A stretch of 64,000 nucleotides of DNA from Eledone cirrhosa (lineage: Eukaryota): NCBI GenBank assembly GCA_964016885.1, contig OZ024755.1:33728001-33792000 (forward strand). Direction: 5' to 3'. The notes under the pieces were generated by a model, which saw only the letters and a list, made by a program, of their open reading frames with translations, had not been told where the DNA came from and did not search any database. How positions within the stretch are numbered: the first letter of the stretch is position 1; every line of letters begins with the position of its first letter. The translations under genes and the position numbers were made by a program. Below, piece after piece: positions 62,989-64,000 of the stretch.

Positions 62989-64000
62989 ACTACACCACCA
63001 CGCTAGCAACTATACCACCACGCTAGCAACTACACCACCATGTTAGCAACTACACCACCACGCTAGCAACTACACCACCACGCTAGCAACTACACCACCA
63101 CGCTAGCAACTACACCACCACGCTAGCAACTACACCACCACGCTAGCAACTACACCACCACGCTAGCAACTACACCACCACGCTAGCAACTACACCACCA
63201 CGCTAGCAACTACACCACCACGCTAGCAACTACACCACCACGCTAGCAACTACACAACCACGCTAGCAACTACACAACCACGCTAGCAACTACACCACCA
63301 CGCTAGCAACTACACCACCACGCTAGCAACTACACCACCACGCTAGCAACTACACCACCACGCTAGCAACTACACCACCACGCTAGCAACTACACCACCA
63401 CGCTAGCAACTACACCACCACGCTAGCAACTACACCACCACGCTAGCAACTACACCACCACGCTAGCAACTACACCACCACGCTAGCAACTACACCACCA
63501 CGCTAGCAACTACACCACCACGCTAGCAACTACACCACCATGCTAGCAACTACACCACCACGCTAGCATTTACACCACCACGCTAGCAACTACACCACCA
63601 CGCTAGCAACTACACCACCACGCTAGCAACTACACCACCACGCTAGCAACTACACCACCACGCTAGCAACTACACCACCACGCTAGCAACTACACCACCA
63701 CGCTAGCAACTACACCACCACGCTAGCAACTACACCACCACGCTAGCAACTACACCACCACGCTAGCAACTACACCACCACGCTAGCAACTACACCACCA
63801 CGCTAGCAACTACACCACCACGCTAGCAACTACACCACCACGCTAGCAACTACACCACCACGCTAGCAACTACACCACCATGCTAGCAACTACACCACCA
63901 CGCTAGCAACTACACTACCATGCTAGCAACTACATCACCACGCTAGCAACTACACCACCACGCTAGCAACTACACCACCATGCTAGCAACTACACCACCA
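62989..64000. repeat. 20-bp minisatellite, about 50 copies, running off the window end
   Basis: ctacaccaccacgctagcaa. Confidence 0.97.

Overview
AT-rich, repeat-saturated eukaryotic DNA, either intronic or intergenic. The repeat content suggests a coleoid cephalopod such as octopus; this is an inference. No intact protein-coding gene is supported, and nearly all listed ORFs are microsatellite or minisatellite artefacts or decayed transposon fragments. Contents: two abundant tRNA-derived SINE families; 3' fragments of RTE, CR1, Vingi/Ingi-like and CRE-like LINEs; a decayed hAT (Buster/Charlie-type) transposase; hAT, piggyBac-like and Tigger-like MITEs; long (TA)n, (CA)n and (CAT)n tracts; and several minisatellites that demonstrably grew out of transposon ends. 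The most notable hidden signal is a dense set of about 15 type I hammerhead-ribozyme motifs (CTGANGA...GAAA...UH with paired stems) from several unrelated sequence families. They lie in short non-coding inserts, mostly in or beside (TA)n tracts, and are often arranged as long inverted repeats, which is the architecture of Penelope-like element (PLE) pseudo-LTRs. One family carries a conserved non-canonical catalytic core. All folds were read by eye and none is shown to be active.
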